DNA of 64,000 nucleotides, from positions 1 through 64,000 of the forward strand of contig JAAILG010001280.1 in the NCBI GenBank assembly GCA_012026655.1, given 5' to 3'. Below are positions 1-12,352 of this stretch, piece by piece. Source of the DNA: Hydrolagus affinis (taxonomy: Eukaryota). The first letter of the stretch is position 1, and each line of letters opens with the position of its first letter. Below the pieces are notes generated by a model, which was not told where the DNA came from, did no database searches, and saw only the letters and a list, made by a program, of their open reading frames with translations. Made by a program: the position numbers and the translations under genes.

Positions 1-153
1 GCGCGCGCACCCGGAACGCACACACACTCCGAATGCGCGCGTTGCGCGCGCATGCACAGTACGAAAAACCCCAAAATATCGATATTTCGGTATATCTCGA
101 TATGAGCCCATCGATATATCTAAATCGGAAAATTTCCATATCGACGGACCCTA
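1..153. mobile_element. Right end of a young non-autonomous hAT-like DNA transposon
   Basis: CpG-rich; repeated subterminal ATATCG/CGATAT motifs; ends in ...CGGACCCTA (TAGGG-type terminus); abrupt composition change at 154. Truncated by the window. Confidence 0.6.
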
Positions 154-278
154 GAACTTAGGAATCATTATTGAAGTGAAACAAAAACAGAAATCACCTG
201 GAATACTGCGTTTTTGATTATTGAAATTAATTTTGATTTCGTAACTGTAGCACAAATATTTCGAGAGCAGAAATAAGT

Positions 279-597
279 AACAACAAAAAAAATAACATTC
301 ACATAGCACCCTTCACACGGGACAGCATCTCAGAGTATTTAACACTGGTGAAGCCTGATGCTGAGCTGTGGGAGTGGGGAGGTGACCAAAAGCACAGTTG
401 AAGAGAAAGGTCTTCAGGCATGATTTTAAAATGGTGAAGGAGGGGCAAGGAGAGGTGCAGTGACTCCACCAGTGGTGGAGCGGAAGGGATGAAGGGCAAG
501 CAGGAGGCTGAAGCCAGCCGAGCGGAGGCGATGGATGGTGGAGTGTGGAATAAGCAGGTTGGCGAGGTATCCAAATGCCTCCTGTGCTGTTAAGAGA
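279..597 (-). mobile_element. L2 LINE 3' fragment
   Basis: Purine-rich plus strand; minus strand translates to ..FKIMPEDLSL / LKSCLKTFLF; (TTG)n-type tail. Confidence 0.75.
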
Positions 598-1984
598 CAC
601 TTGCCAAAGCAAATCCAAAGGAAACAGTAGCACCACAATTCAAACTAGTCTTGAGTACCAATCCAAATCTGCAGGGAACTGGGGAACCAGGAAACTGTTC
701 CATATACTTAGAATGTAGATTTCCCAGCTGGAAGTATGGTTTCCTGGAGCTCTGGTTCGGCCCCCAGGCCTGTCTGAAGTCACGGCACCGCTGTTTCCTA
801 TGGACTGCTGCAGGAAGCACAGGAACATATCCTGCCAATGATATTACCAGAGTAACCCAGCAGGGAGAAAGGTTCAACCGAAGATCTCCATTCCAGTAGG
901 AAACTATACGTTTTTTTTAATATGTTAGAATTCTTCTGTAAAAATCTGAAAATACTTTGAGCCAAGGATACTTCGCTATGCTTTGTCTTTCAGTATGAGT
1001 AAGTTAAAGTGGCATACCTGTAAAATAACCTCAATTGGTGGGAATACATCCGTTAATTCTTTTAACAATCAGCCAGGTTTCTGTATTCCCCAATTTGTTG
1101 CACAGACAACTGTCTGCAAAAATGTAGCAAAGCCCCCCAAATATCTTTGCTCAAGAGCCATTTGAACAGAAAATACAACACTTTTTGAAACCAGCAGTCA
1201 AACCTTTATTTTAAAACTTCTCTGATAGAATCACATGTTGCTGGCTCTTTAAATAGTTTTAGTAAATGTCGCTGCCGGAACTTATTTCAGATGCAAGAAT
1301 TCTGCTAATTTAGAAATGCGTACCAAGCCTGGAATTGAAACCCATTATTGCCAATAAAATTCAAGAATTCAGCAGAATGTAAAAAAAATCACTTCTGAAG
1401 GGGGATTAAGGTCATTAAGAAGTGTTAATCCTCTAAAATAGGCTTGTTCAAACACAGTACCAAAGATCATGTGGCTTTTAGAAAGCTTCTTCTGTATTTA
1501 CATGAGGGAAATCGACAACCTGCGAAGCTAACATTAAACATTTGCTGTAAAATTGTATGTTGAAATGGAATGGTGCCTCTCCCGGTATTTGCTTTAACCC
1601 GATGGCAAGGGTACATTTACAAGATGGACACTTCCCCAGCTACAACTTACATCAAGCAATTCTGTGACATTCAGAAAAGATGCACTGAATCACAAGAGGG
1701 TTACTGCTCCACCATTATTTCTGATTTCTTTGCTACTAAGTCCAATTGTGTAAATACAATCAGATAAAGATTGATCCTATCATTACTGAAATATATATCA
1801 ATTTAGGACATTGCAGCCACAATTATTGACCTATTGTCAGGTACCAGTGAATAGGCTTCAACACCCACATAAAAAAAACTACACTAGTTCCAGAATAGCC
1901 CTTGATGTCTATTTCTTCTGGACAGCTGAACCCAGGCCCATGCCAATTCAGGGCATATACAACTACAACAAGTATGATTTCACA

Positions 1985-2180
1985 CTTCAATAACACCTTT
2001 CACGTAGAGAGGAAGTTCTAAAGTGCTTGACAATGGTGGCTGGGCATCTTAGCTAGGGAGGGCGGAGAGCCTAAGGAGTGGGTAGAGGAAAGATGATTGA
2101 AGGCACAACAACAAAATTACATTTTTGGAGCGCCTTTCATGTCAGGAGGATGTCCCAAGGGGCTGAACAGTCAGGTCGGG
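1985..2180 (-). mobile_element. Two adjacent L2 3'-tail fragments
   Basis: ACAACAACAAAATTACATTT..GCGCCTTTCA..GGAGGATGTCCCAAGG is shared with other L2 ends in the window. Confidence 0.7.
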
Positions 2181-3499
2181 ACATTTGGTGCCGTTGGTAG
2201 CATTCGCGCTTGCAAGTTGTGGGTGCAAACAACCATGTTGAGACTTTGAACGCATACAGTCTTGTTTGGATGAGATGTTAAACTAAATACATGTTGAAGA
2301 TCCCACAAAAATCTTTTAAAAGAGAAGGGAGTTTCTCCCAGTGTCCAAGTGAACAATTTCCCAAATAAAATTGGACATTCACTTTACGATTGTTTGTGCA
2401 AGATTGCCTGCATCAATTGGCTTGTTTGCATACAAAATACACAGTCACTACACTTTACAGTGTATCCTGCAAAGGATCCCAGAATGTATTATATTTAAGG
2501 ATTATAATATGTCTTTTTATGCATCTTCTTCCATTTAAATTATCGGCAAATGATAACTTATCTATGAGAGGAACTTGTTAAAAAAAAACTAAGACACTTT
2601 ATTCAGCAAAGTTAGGTTAATAGATATAATCAAATGAAACATGAGGGCAACTGGATGTGTACCAAAGGTTTACTCCTACCTGAAACTATTTTATTGTATC
2701 TTTGATCTTTCTTTGCTCCATTTCTCCCACATTAACCATTGCTAACAGGAAGAGAATTGTGGGTCACTCAATGAGTGTCAACATTGCTGTGTAATTGGCA
2801 AATTCAATGAACGGCTGCAGAGATGAAAGTGTACTGAGGTGAAACTAGAGCTTTTCATATTCTTGAAGTCCGCCAAACTTTTTCAAACAACTTTCCCTTA
2901 TAGCAACCCTAAGTAAACAGTCTCTTTTGCTGAGGGAAGAGTGCACTGCAGAAGTCTAAATGACAAGACGATTTCCCTTTCTTCATATACAAAAGGAACA
3001 TCCATCCTCTGGCTTTCTTTCTTGAAAACGTAAGTGCAATAAAAATTATGATCCCAACTGAAATGAAAACAAATCAGCTAACCTGAATTTTAATAATTTA
3101 TAAGATAGGAAGGCAATTTTGTGTTAGAAATGTTAAAGATGGCTTCTACCATCAATCAAAATGTGTATCTTTAAAGATCTGAAATGGACCCTAAAGTGGA
3201 TGTTTAGAATAGAATAGATATGAGCCACTTTAAGAAGTTATACTGGACTTGGAAGTCCAATGAAGTGGACTTCCATCACGTTTTATTCAATATATCTATC
3301 TTTAAATCCAATGAAGACCCACTGGCTCTCCATCCCAGGAAGATATATGGCATGAAGTTGCTTACCTAAGATAAGAAGCTGGATAAACAGACTCTACTAC
3401 CAGAGCTGCAAAGCTTTAGAGAATTTCATTGGTGAGTTAAAATAACAGAGAATTGTCTCGTTGCTAGGAGACATCTCTCCGACAGGGGAATCCAAACCA

Positions 3500-3755
3500 A
3501 GATAATGGTGTTAAAAAGTGAATACAAAACAGTTTTGTGACAAAAAGTATGAAAATGAGGAAAACACTGCCCAAGATAAAGAATCAATAGAGCGATTGGA
3601 ATGGGAGATAGATATATACTCAGAAAATAAAGATATTAAGAAACATGGAAAAGGGGAAGTTAAATTAAAATGTTAAAGACTGTCATGAATTGGTGAAACA
3701 CAAGGGCAGGTTCAATGGCTTGAATGACCGACTGTCATTCCTAGTCCTATATGCT
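3500..3755 (+). mobile_element. CR1 3'-end relic
   Basis: Ends GGGCAGGTTCAATGGCTTGAATGACC..TCATTCC..TCCTATATG, resembling a decayed CR1 3' hairpin and tail. Confidence 0.5.
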
Positions 3756-3789
3756 CACTGGATTTTCTGGTGTTCTGTAAGCAAGATTT

Positions 3790-4096
3790 ATTAATAATAA
3801 TAATTCTTGCTCTAGATATAGCGCTTTTCACATCTTCCAGACATCTCAAAGTACTTCACAAAATATACTGCAAATTGAATTGACTGTATATTTCTGGGCG
3901 AAACATGGCAGCCAATTGCACACAGCAGTGTCCCACAAACAGTTGTAGATTGAAATGACCAATTTTTTTTTGAGGGATTATTATTAGGTGTGTGGAGTAA
4001 GGAAACTTGCCCAAAGTTTCACACTGACCTGCCTGGATTCGAACACAGGTCTCTCGCTTGTAAGGCGAGTGCCTTAACCACTGAGCCACAGGACTC
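3790..4096 (-). mobile_element. tRNA-derived SINE, full length (tRNA head, CORE-like segment, Deu-like 3' part, L2-type tail, (TTA)n)
   Basis: A box TGGCTCAGTGG, B box GTTCGAATCC, then TTGGGCAAGTT and TGTGGGACACTGCTGTGTGCAATTGGCTGCC; five more copies in the window. Confidence 0.9.
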
Positions 4097-5029
4097 CATT
4101 AAATGGTAAGACACATTGCATTCTTAAATGTTTTCTAGATAAAACATTCGATACATTAAGATGCCTGTACACCTCAGAGTAGGAGAGTTTAGAGATAACA
4201 GTGAGATTCAGAGCTCATGAAACTCAACAGAAAAGCATAAGAAAAAGAAGAATCATACCATAAAATGTCCCAAGCTTGATTTAACATTGAAAGTTTAGAA
4301 CTGTTGTTAAATTCCTTATTCAATAGAACTGCTTTTCAAGAGAGAAAGGAAATATTTATAAAAGCAATATTAACCCATCTGCTCTAGCCATGATACTACT
4401 TCAGATAGTGTGTGCATATTGTTGAGTTGATGAAAAATTGACATTTAATGGAATAAAAGTTACTGTTTAATTTTAGTCACATAAGAAAAGTCACTAACAT
4501 TCTGATGAGGCACATGAATCTGGGACTGGAAACAGCTGCTCTGATTGAAGTGATGCACATTATAATTATATAGTTGTTTCATCACATTTTCTAAATAAAC
4601 AAGCATCTGTTTTTTTTCTTTTTGAAATATAAAGATACTAGTGTTTTCCTACATTTTGCTATTAAAATCTACCGCAAGTGAAAACTAATGTTGAAGAACA
4701 TGTTCCTTTGTGTATAATTCGGAAATTAGATTGGAAACATCTGTTTGCCAATTCATGCAGCAATTCTTTAAATCCTTAAGGGTGAAAGGCTTCAATCAGC
4801 GTTCAACTGTTTGTAGATTCATTGTGAACAGACATCTACCCAGCCGATTATTGTATCAGGTTTTGCTTTCAGATAATTTAAATTGCTGTTCTAAGTAAAA
4901 CAGATGAACTTACAATTTCTATTTTGTTTACATAGAGGAATGACAATATCATTTCAGTTTAGTCTAAACTGTGCTTATTTCTTTACCTATGACCAGAAGC
5001 ACAACATGACGCACATTCCTAACTGTCTG

Positions 5030-5992
5030 TGATCCGGGCTCCCTCTGCCTCCTCATCCTCTCTGCTGCCTTTGATACCGTGGACGGCTCCATCCACCTCC
5101 ACGGCCTCCCTTCTCACCTCAACTTTCAGGGTTCTGTCCTTCAATGGTTTTATCTCTCACACCAACTCCAATTTATCTCTGTCAACATTTCCAACCCTAG
5201 CACAGTCCCAGGCACTGGCAGCATCAACATCCACGGATACACACTCCACCTCACCAAGCCAGTCTGGAACCTGGGCATCTTGTTTGACCCTCAAATATCC
5301 TTTCTCCCCCAAATCTATGCCATGACCCGATGTACCTTCTCCCACCTCTGCAACATTTCCCAACTCTGCCACTACCTCACCCCTCAGGCCAACAAAACCC
5401 TCATACATGACCCAAGGCGACAACGGAAACTCCTTCCTTGCCGGCTTCCCCAACTCATCCCTCCACAAACTGAAGATCATTTAGAGCTTGCGTCGCCTCC
5501 GGCACCAGACTTCATGACATCCCATTGCACCCACCCTCACCCGACTCCACTGGCTCCCCATCCCTCAAGAGGATAGAATTAAAAAACCATGTGCTCACTT
5601 TCAAGGCTCTAAGTTGCCTTGCCCCTTCTCCCTCTCTGACCTGCAACCTCCTTATCAATATGTCCGCTTCCTGCATTCTGCAGGCTCCAGGCTGTTCCAA
5701 TTCTCCCAACCGATCCGACTACCATCAGCGACCAGCCTTTCAGCCTCTCTGCCCCCAGCCTTTGGAACTCCACCACACAATCCCTTCACCTTGCATCCTC
5801 CCTTGCCTCCTTCAAGGTACAACTCTAGACCCTTCTTTTCAATTGTGCCTTTAGCTGCTCTCCTACCTTTCTGCCCTCCCTCATTCCAATCCTGCCCCCC
5901 CATGCTCAGGTCCCCGACTGTTCAGTGCCTTGGGATGTACTCCAAACCTGAAAGGTGCTTTACACATGTAATTTTGTTGTTTTTGTTGTTCA
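5030..5992 (+). mobile_element. L2 LINE, degraded RT C-terminal region and 3' tail
   Basis: ORF remnants VWNLGILFDPQISF..HLCNISQLCHYLT..KTLIH and RIELKNHVLTFKAL; tail TGAAAGGTGCTTTACACATGTAATTTTGTTG. Confidence 0.88.
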
Positions 5993-6557
5993 ATCCAGTT
6001 TGAATTCGGGATTTTATCCCTATAGAAATCTGGTACAATTTTCTAAATCCACAATGTAAACTCTCAAAGTACTAAATAATTCCAGTGTAAATCCGATACT
6101 AAAACTCATTCCTTGCTACCACTATCACTTGCTAGTCAATACCAGACTCTACATCCGGTACTGACTTCACTTTAAAATAGGTCTAGAGTATACCATTCAG
6201 TCGGGCCACCTTGTATTACCGATAAACCACAGTATAGAGTATAGAATTTATTTCTGCCCCATCAGATACCATTGAACCCTTCCTCCATACCCAGCTTTTC
6301 AGTCGCACTTTGGGTCACTTCTTTCCCCAGTTTGAACTCCCAACTAATTGGGAAATTCTCCCGAAGCAAAAGGCACTATGGATAAGGATTGGTTTAGCTC
6401 CCTTTTTCCTGAAAGTAGTTGTGGCTAGAGTGGATGAAACAACAAAATACACAAACAATGAAATGCATACAGTCGTAAACAGAATCCAACAGAAATTTTT
6501 AGAAATAAACATTCAAGAAGCAATTAGTAATTAAGAGATAAGGCCACCTTCACAAAG

Positions 6558-6650
6558 TTAATCTGCCTTATTTTAACCTTTTCACCAAGTACTTTTGATG
6601 ATAGATAACCGTCAATCATCAAAAGTACTTGGTGAAATAAGGCAGATTAA
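6558..6650. repeat. Inverted repeat: perfect 22-bp inner stem, 12-nt loop, 14-bp outer stem after a bulge
   Basis: TTCACCAAGTACTTTTGATGAT (6581-6602) / ATCATCAAAAGTACTTGGTGAA (6615-6636); TTAATCTGCCTTAT / ATAAGGCAGATTAA. Confidence 0.96.
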
Positions 6651-7159
6651 ATTTGATGAAAACAAAAGATTAAACTTGATATTTTACAGCAGTATCTCAT
6701 CTCTTGGGCACCAGTCAGACCGCTGACCCAAACATCGACTTTTAACAAATTCAAACCTTAGCTGTCTCCCCCTATTTTCCCATGCAATCCTCAAGTGGGA
6801 TTTAAAAAACCCAACTACTAGAATCATATGCTCTCACACTTATTCTACAACTTTTTAATGCTGCATACCCAACTATTGAGATTACCTTTGTATATATTAC
6901 CTATTAACACCTCATTGCAGAATCTTTGTGTGTATGCCGCTGATTTTAAATGATAAATGGTCCCTAGTGCAATCCGATCCTTAGGGTGCTCCTCATTACT
7001 TTTCCTACCAAAGCAGCTTCTGCAGCTCAATTGTTCCAGTTCTGATGAGTCACACCCAAACCATTTTTTTGGAGGCAGATGTGTGTCTGATACACGCACA
7101 AACCAGGAGTATCCAAACCAGAGTTCCATACATCTCACCTACACTTGGGAGATTCCCGT

Positions 7160-7600
7160 GTATTGGAGTAGAATGTGCACTCACTCCCTGGAGGCACTCA
7201 TTGCGCTTACCTAATTCTGGACAATGTTAGTCATAGGCTGGCGAAAGCCAAGGCTTGGGGGAATCGAATGTGCAATGGGGTACTGTTGTATTCTAACTAG
7301 CTAAAACCCTTGTTTATCATTGAAAGCACCGCTGATACATTTTCCTGCTGCTTACCCAGTTAAGGCCACCCTGCTCGCAAGGCTTCAGCTTGCAGGGTTA
7401 ATAAGAGCAGATTGGCAAGAGTCTGTGCCCCATTGATTAATCTGTCCAAGTCCTAATGATGAGCTAAGCTATCATCAACAGTGTCTTGAAATACTGTACC
7501 AAATTGTCCAACTCCTTTTGGTATGTCGGTGAAGATACTTGCTCAGAAACTGGACAACTAAGACCGCCTACCAATTAAGAGTGCTGACTCCACCCCCTCA
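7160..7600 (+). repeat. Old interspersed repeat, copy A (unassigned family)
   Basis: Colinear with 52320-52715; 39/52 identity without gaps at 7206-7257 versus 52363-52414; 19/20 at 7469-7488 versus 52629-52648. Confidence 0.8.
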
Positions 7601-9600
7601 CCATGAGGAAGAGTACAACAACAACAAATTACATTTATAGAGTGCCTTTCACGTTGGGAGGACATCCCAAGGTGCTGGAGTAGTTTCAGAAGTTGATAAA
7701 CCTGCTGTGCGTTTCCAGTATTTTTGATGGGGGTGGGGTGGTATTGCAGATTTCCAGCATTCAGTTTTTCTTTTGTCACAATATTTCTGATATTTTATAT
7801 ATCATGGATTAACTTTACCAACCACCCTGCTGTGCACTGTAGCCAAAACAAAAACAGGTAACCTGCTTACTACCTGGGGCAATTTCAAGCAAAGGAGCTG
7901 CGAGTACCAGAATAAGCAAGTCTCCTGTTAATCAATACTAGTGTATTATGGAAAACTCCAGAAGTACACAAAATACAAAGTTTTTAAACATTAATTACAT
8001 CATGCAAAATATTAACTAACATTTATCCTGTTCAGAAAATAGTTGTAGTGAAACGTGTTCACCCGAATAAAGTTTCACATAGTTAACCCAAATAGAAGTC
8101 AAAACTTCCTTGTCGTCTTAACCTTAAAATAATAGTGTTTGTAAAACTCCTAAATTCAGCCTCAGTTTGGAAGAGTTTTCTTCCTGCAGACCTCCAGACA
8201 TCTGAAACATGAATATGTGTTGCTATTTAATATGCATCCAGCTCTGGCTATATAGCAGCCAAACCTTCGCTTCCCTGGACCAGAGTTCACAAAATGTTTT
8301 ATGCGACTTGCGTTATGCAACAGGGTATTCTCACACCAGTGAATGATTTATTTCAGCAGCTGTAACATAATCTCTCCCTTTTTATAAATGCACTTGAAGT
8401 TCCTAATTATTGGTCCACAAAGAGGGAAGGGTCCAGACTCCCTTAGGATTACCTTTTACTCATGGGAGCGTCAGTCCAGCAATATCTCAGAAACATATGA
8501 AGAATATGTGGTGGTATTGAAGAGAATTATTTCCCACAGGCCCTTTACGGTTCACAGTCTACCACCTGGGCTATGTGATTAAAAAAAAGGCAAAAAACAA
8601 AAAGTGAGAATATGGTACAGTACTGCAAAAGGATTAACATGAAAAGCCAAAGGATTTCACTGATAACATGTGTGCATGTGTGCGCAAATACATTTTCATC
8701 AATGCTTCAAGATTAGCAATTGGACTTTGCAGCTCCTATGGAAAAAACCTAAAGGTGCAAGGCTGAGGGAGCTGGAATTTAAACATAAATTATATTTAGA
8801 CATTTTAGTTAAAGTAGTTTCTAGTTTGTAACAAAATTATCCAATTCCCTTTGGTATGTAGGTTTTTTCTACGATTCTACAATTCTTACTCTATTTAGTG
8901 CTACTTTCAGTATTTTGCTTATTGTAACCATACAAAATTCTAACCTTCCATCAAGAATGTTTGGACACTTACTAACACAATTGCAAGAAAACGTTAAGAG
9001 TGTACGTCTGCTGATGAGCGACTACAATAAACTGTTTTAATAAAAGGCAATTGTATCACACCCTGAAAGAAATACATCTTACAGGAATTTAGGAACATGA
9101 ATGCACCAAAACTGTATGATTAAGAAATGTCCATGTTCTGAATCATGATATATCCTGATAATAACACTAGGAATCAGTAGAGCAAGATGAAAAATAATTT
9201 ACCTGTGAAAAGTGATTTGCATAGGCACACTGAATTGAAATATATATATTTTTTGCCGGCCATTCCAACTCAATTTAATATCGATGCGAGTTACCAATGG
9301 CTTGCATATCATACTTTCAGTATTCCCGTGCTGCTCAATACAGGATTGCAATTCTCCACATAGTGATAAAGGGTCAAGTAGATACTGTACCTTGAAGGAC
9401 TAAGGGAAAATTGAGTAAGGCAACCAGTTCCACACAATCCTCAGCAAATGGTTTTAAACACCGTTAAAGACTTGTAAGGAAATGTGCTGGTGTAATAATC
9501 TGGAACAACAAACTATTTTTTCAACATAATATCTCCAGTTAGATCCAAAACTTCACGCAATACACAACAAGTTTATAAAGTTACTTCCCATTCTCTAGAC

Positions 9601-9804
9601 CAGTGGTGACCAACTTTTTTGGTCGATCAATCAAATAATTGTATCTTGATTCAATATTTCTTGATTTATGGCTGCACCATAAATATTATTATTTAGTAGC
9701 TACTGGAAACAAAATATTGATTTAACACAGATGTATGTAGACTAGTGTGATTGTTCAGCGGGACACTTCCTGACACCCCAGCGGGCCACTTTTGGCCACC
9801 ACTG
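9601..9804. mobile_element. hAT-Charlie-type MITE (204 bp)
   Basis: TIRs CAGTGGTGACCAAC / TTTGGCCACCACTG; flanks CTCTAGAC and CTCTTGCC (decayed 8-bp TSD of the NTCTAGAN type); subterminal GCGGG(C/A)CACTT twice. Confidence 0.72.
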
Positions 9805-9974
9805 CTCTTGCCTTCTCTACCACTTGTGACACAAGATCCATCATTTGTGCCCAACTGTAAAATAAAATTGCCAATTTGCAGAAACATGTATATTCCTCAT
9901 GCCAATCTTCTCGCTGAGAAATGCTTAACTATTCTGATTTCTCCACTCCAAATACCGATATCCAGATGAGTGTT

Positions 9975-10140
9975 TGAAACATTTCCATGCTGTTTTGTAT
10001 TATCACAACTGTGATTTGTGCAATCACAATCTTATGTTTGCCTCCAAACTACACTTTACAGTAAATCCAACAAAGTAATTTGAAACATCCTCTGGATGTG
10101 AAAAGCACTATAACAAATGCAAAGGTTATTATTATTAATA
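9975..10140 (+). mobile_element. Degraded Deu-type SINE 3' part
   Basis: Ends GATGTGAAAAGCACTATAACAAATGCAAAGGTTATTATTATT, the family tail. Confidence 0.6.
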
Positions 10141-11049
10141 ATTAAGACATGAAAAGATGTTAGAAAAATATGAATTGAGGCCTTGGTTGTGACACAATCT
10201 TATTTTCCCCCAAGAATCCAAATCAATCTAGCCATTTTGCACTTTTGAATACAGTACTGTACTCTATGAACAAATTGCTACTATAATACTATATGCTTTA
10301 AAGGCAAAGGAAAGTCTACAGGGATTACGTTGTTCAAAGTACTCCCCCTAGCTATAGAAGAAAATAAAACAAGGTTCCAAGATATTTTCTGTGTGGTAAG
10401 GAAACCTTGTTTAACTACATTACCTGTGACTAACGTTTCCTCAACTCAAGCTTCTCATCCTTCCTCTGAGAGATTGCTAGAGAGAGTGAGAGAATGCATG
10501 TGCAATTGATGCAGGGTAGCACCATGTTATTCTTCCATGCTTACCAGTTCTACACTTTCCCAGTCAAGTAGCTTCAATTTAAGTACCAGGCCCATATACC
10601 CCACTGCCCCTGTTTAAATTAAGATGCATGTGGTTCATCTCAGCCAGGGACACATCAAGGGTCACTTGTGAGTAAAAGAGGCAGATTCTAATGTAGAAAA
10701 GTGAAGATTCCTCATCCAAGAGAAAATTGAACAAAACGACTCTCCTTAGCCTTTCCTTTCCCTTCAACCGAAGCCGGAACATGAGATTTCAAAACATTTT
10801 TGTTAAAATATCATTAACATCTGTCACATTAGATTGCAGCTCAGGAACAAAACTAAAAATCTGGTAAATCTAATTAATCATTTGATTAATTGCACCGTGG
10901 TTGCAATAAGAAGTTTGTATCTTGTTGACAATTTTTGCAACAGGCCACATTCAATTACTTCACCATCCATCCAGGTGATCATATTCCCCACTACCTCATC
11001 AGCTCCTCAGATGTTGTGAATGATTTCCTGGTGATTTCTAGTTCATAAG

Positions 11050-12352
11050 TCTAAAAATGCCAGTAAATGTGCGAGAGCAGCCTTGTGCAAACCACAGGAT
11101 GCAACTGGAGTGGCGCAGGAAGAATTACAGCCTCCCGCGGCAGGCGTGTCTGGAGTGGGGATCAAGGACAACACAGGTCTGGTGTCCGAAGTCCAAAGCA
11201 ACCAGATGTAATGCGGAGACCGAGGCCCAATATGGTTTGCGGAGTCAGAGTGGTATCTGTGGCCCAGGCGCCAATACGGCCATTTCAGAATCAACACGTC
11301 ACCAGTTGGTTGCTGTACAACGTCACTTCTGCTGCCACATTCATAATTCTGAGCCTGGAGTCATGATGACTATCACACTCTCCTTCCCCATGGTTCTCGC
11401 CAGTGGACTGACCATGCTATGGCATGTGCATTTTGGCTGCAACCACTGACCCGAGTTGCTTCTCCCCAAAACGCTCCCGTTACTGTGCCTCCTACCCTTC
11501 ACTGCTCCTGCTCAAGCCTCCTGTCTCACCGCCTTCCCCGCCTCCTACCCCAGCTTGATCATCCCAGAGCCTCTCCCTGCTCCAGCCTGTGATTCCACCG
11601 TCACACCATCCTGGCAGTTGCCCCTGGTAGTCCAACAGTAGCCATCCTGACTGCCCTGTCCTCCAGCTCTGCCATAAAGCCTGTCAATTCCTGACCCTGG
11701 AGGGCAACCTTTCTTCCCTTATCCACATTCCCACCCTCTATATCAATTCTCCCCCGTGCCTCCCTCATCCCGCCCATTACTCCACTGCCAGCTGTCACCT
11801 CGGTCAACGGCCTACAAAATTGTCCGCTCCCTTTCCAGCAAAATGCTCAACATCCAAGACCTCATTGTTCCCTTCCTCCTGACTGAGGCCACACCACCCA
11901 ACTAGTTTACCATACCGCATAACCAAACCATCATGGTGTTTGGCTCCCATCTCTCAGTCCCTACTCAGCCTATCCCCTTACTCCCCTGGAACCTTCCCCT
12001 CCTTCGAGCATCTTATCCTTTACCATCCCTCCAAAGTTTATCTCAAAATCCTCCTTGTTTATCATCCCCCCAAACACTCCCCACCTTCCTCTTGGACATT
12101 TGCGCGTTCCTTTCTTCCCTCTGCTCTGAACATCTTCTCCTGCTCCATCTCTGCTCTCCACCAAACCGCCTCCATCTCCGAGCACACTTGGAAAAAAAAT
12201 CCACCCCCTCACCCCCCTCCGCTGCCTTGGACTCCTCCTCTAGAATTCCCCTCCCACAATGACCTAACCCGCTACCAACCTGCCTGATTGTCCAGCACTT
12301 TGGGATGTCCTCCCGACCTGAAAGGTGCTTTACAAATGTAATTTTATTGTTG
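11050..12352 (+). mobile_element. Internally deleted L2: 5' region, APE endonuclease remnant, then 3' tail
   Basis: 11809-12150 translates, with frameshifts, to GLQNVRSLSSKMLNIQDLIV..LTEATPP..SFEHLILYHP..LKILLVYHPPK; L2 tail at 12290-12352. The 5' boundary is uncertain. Confidence 0.72.

Noticed and set aside
4020-4096. tRNA-Val(TAC)-like sequence with A and B boxes (also 19680-19746)
   Set aside because: It is the head of a multi-copy SINE: no proper acceptor stem, and it runs straight into the SINE body.
5029-6003. Cluster of 65-165 aa ORFs on both strands
   Set aside because: Frameshifted L2 remnants and their antisense shadows; the same holds for ORFs at 299-638, 11933-12450, 24417-24771, 28213-28749 and 57778-58459.
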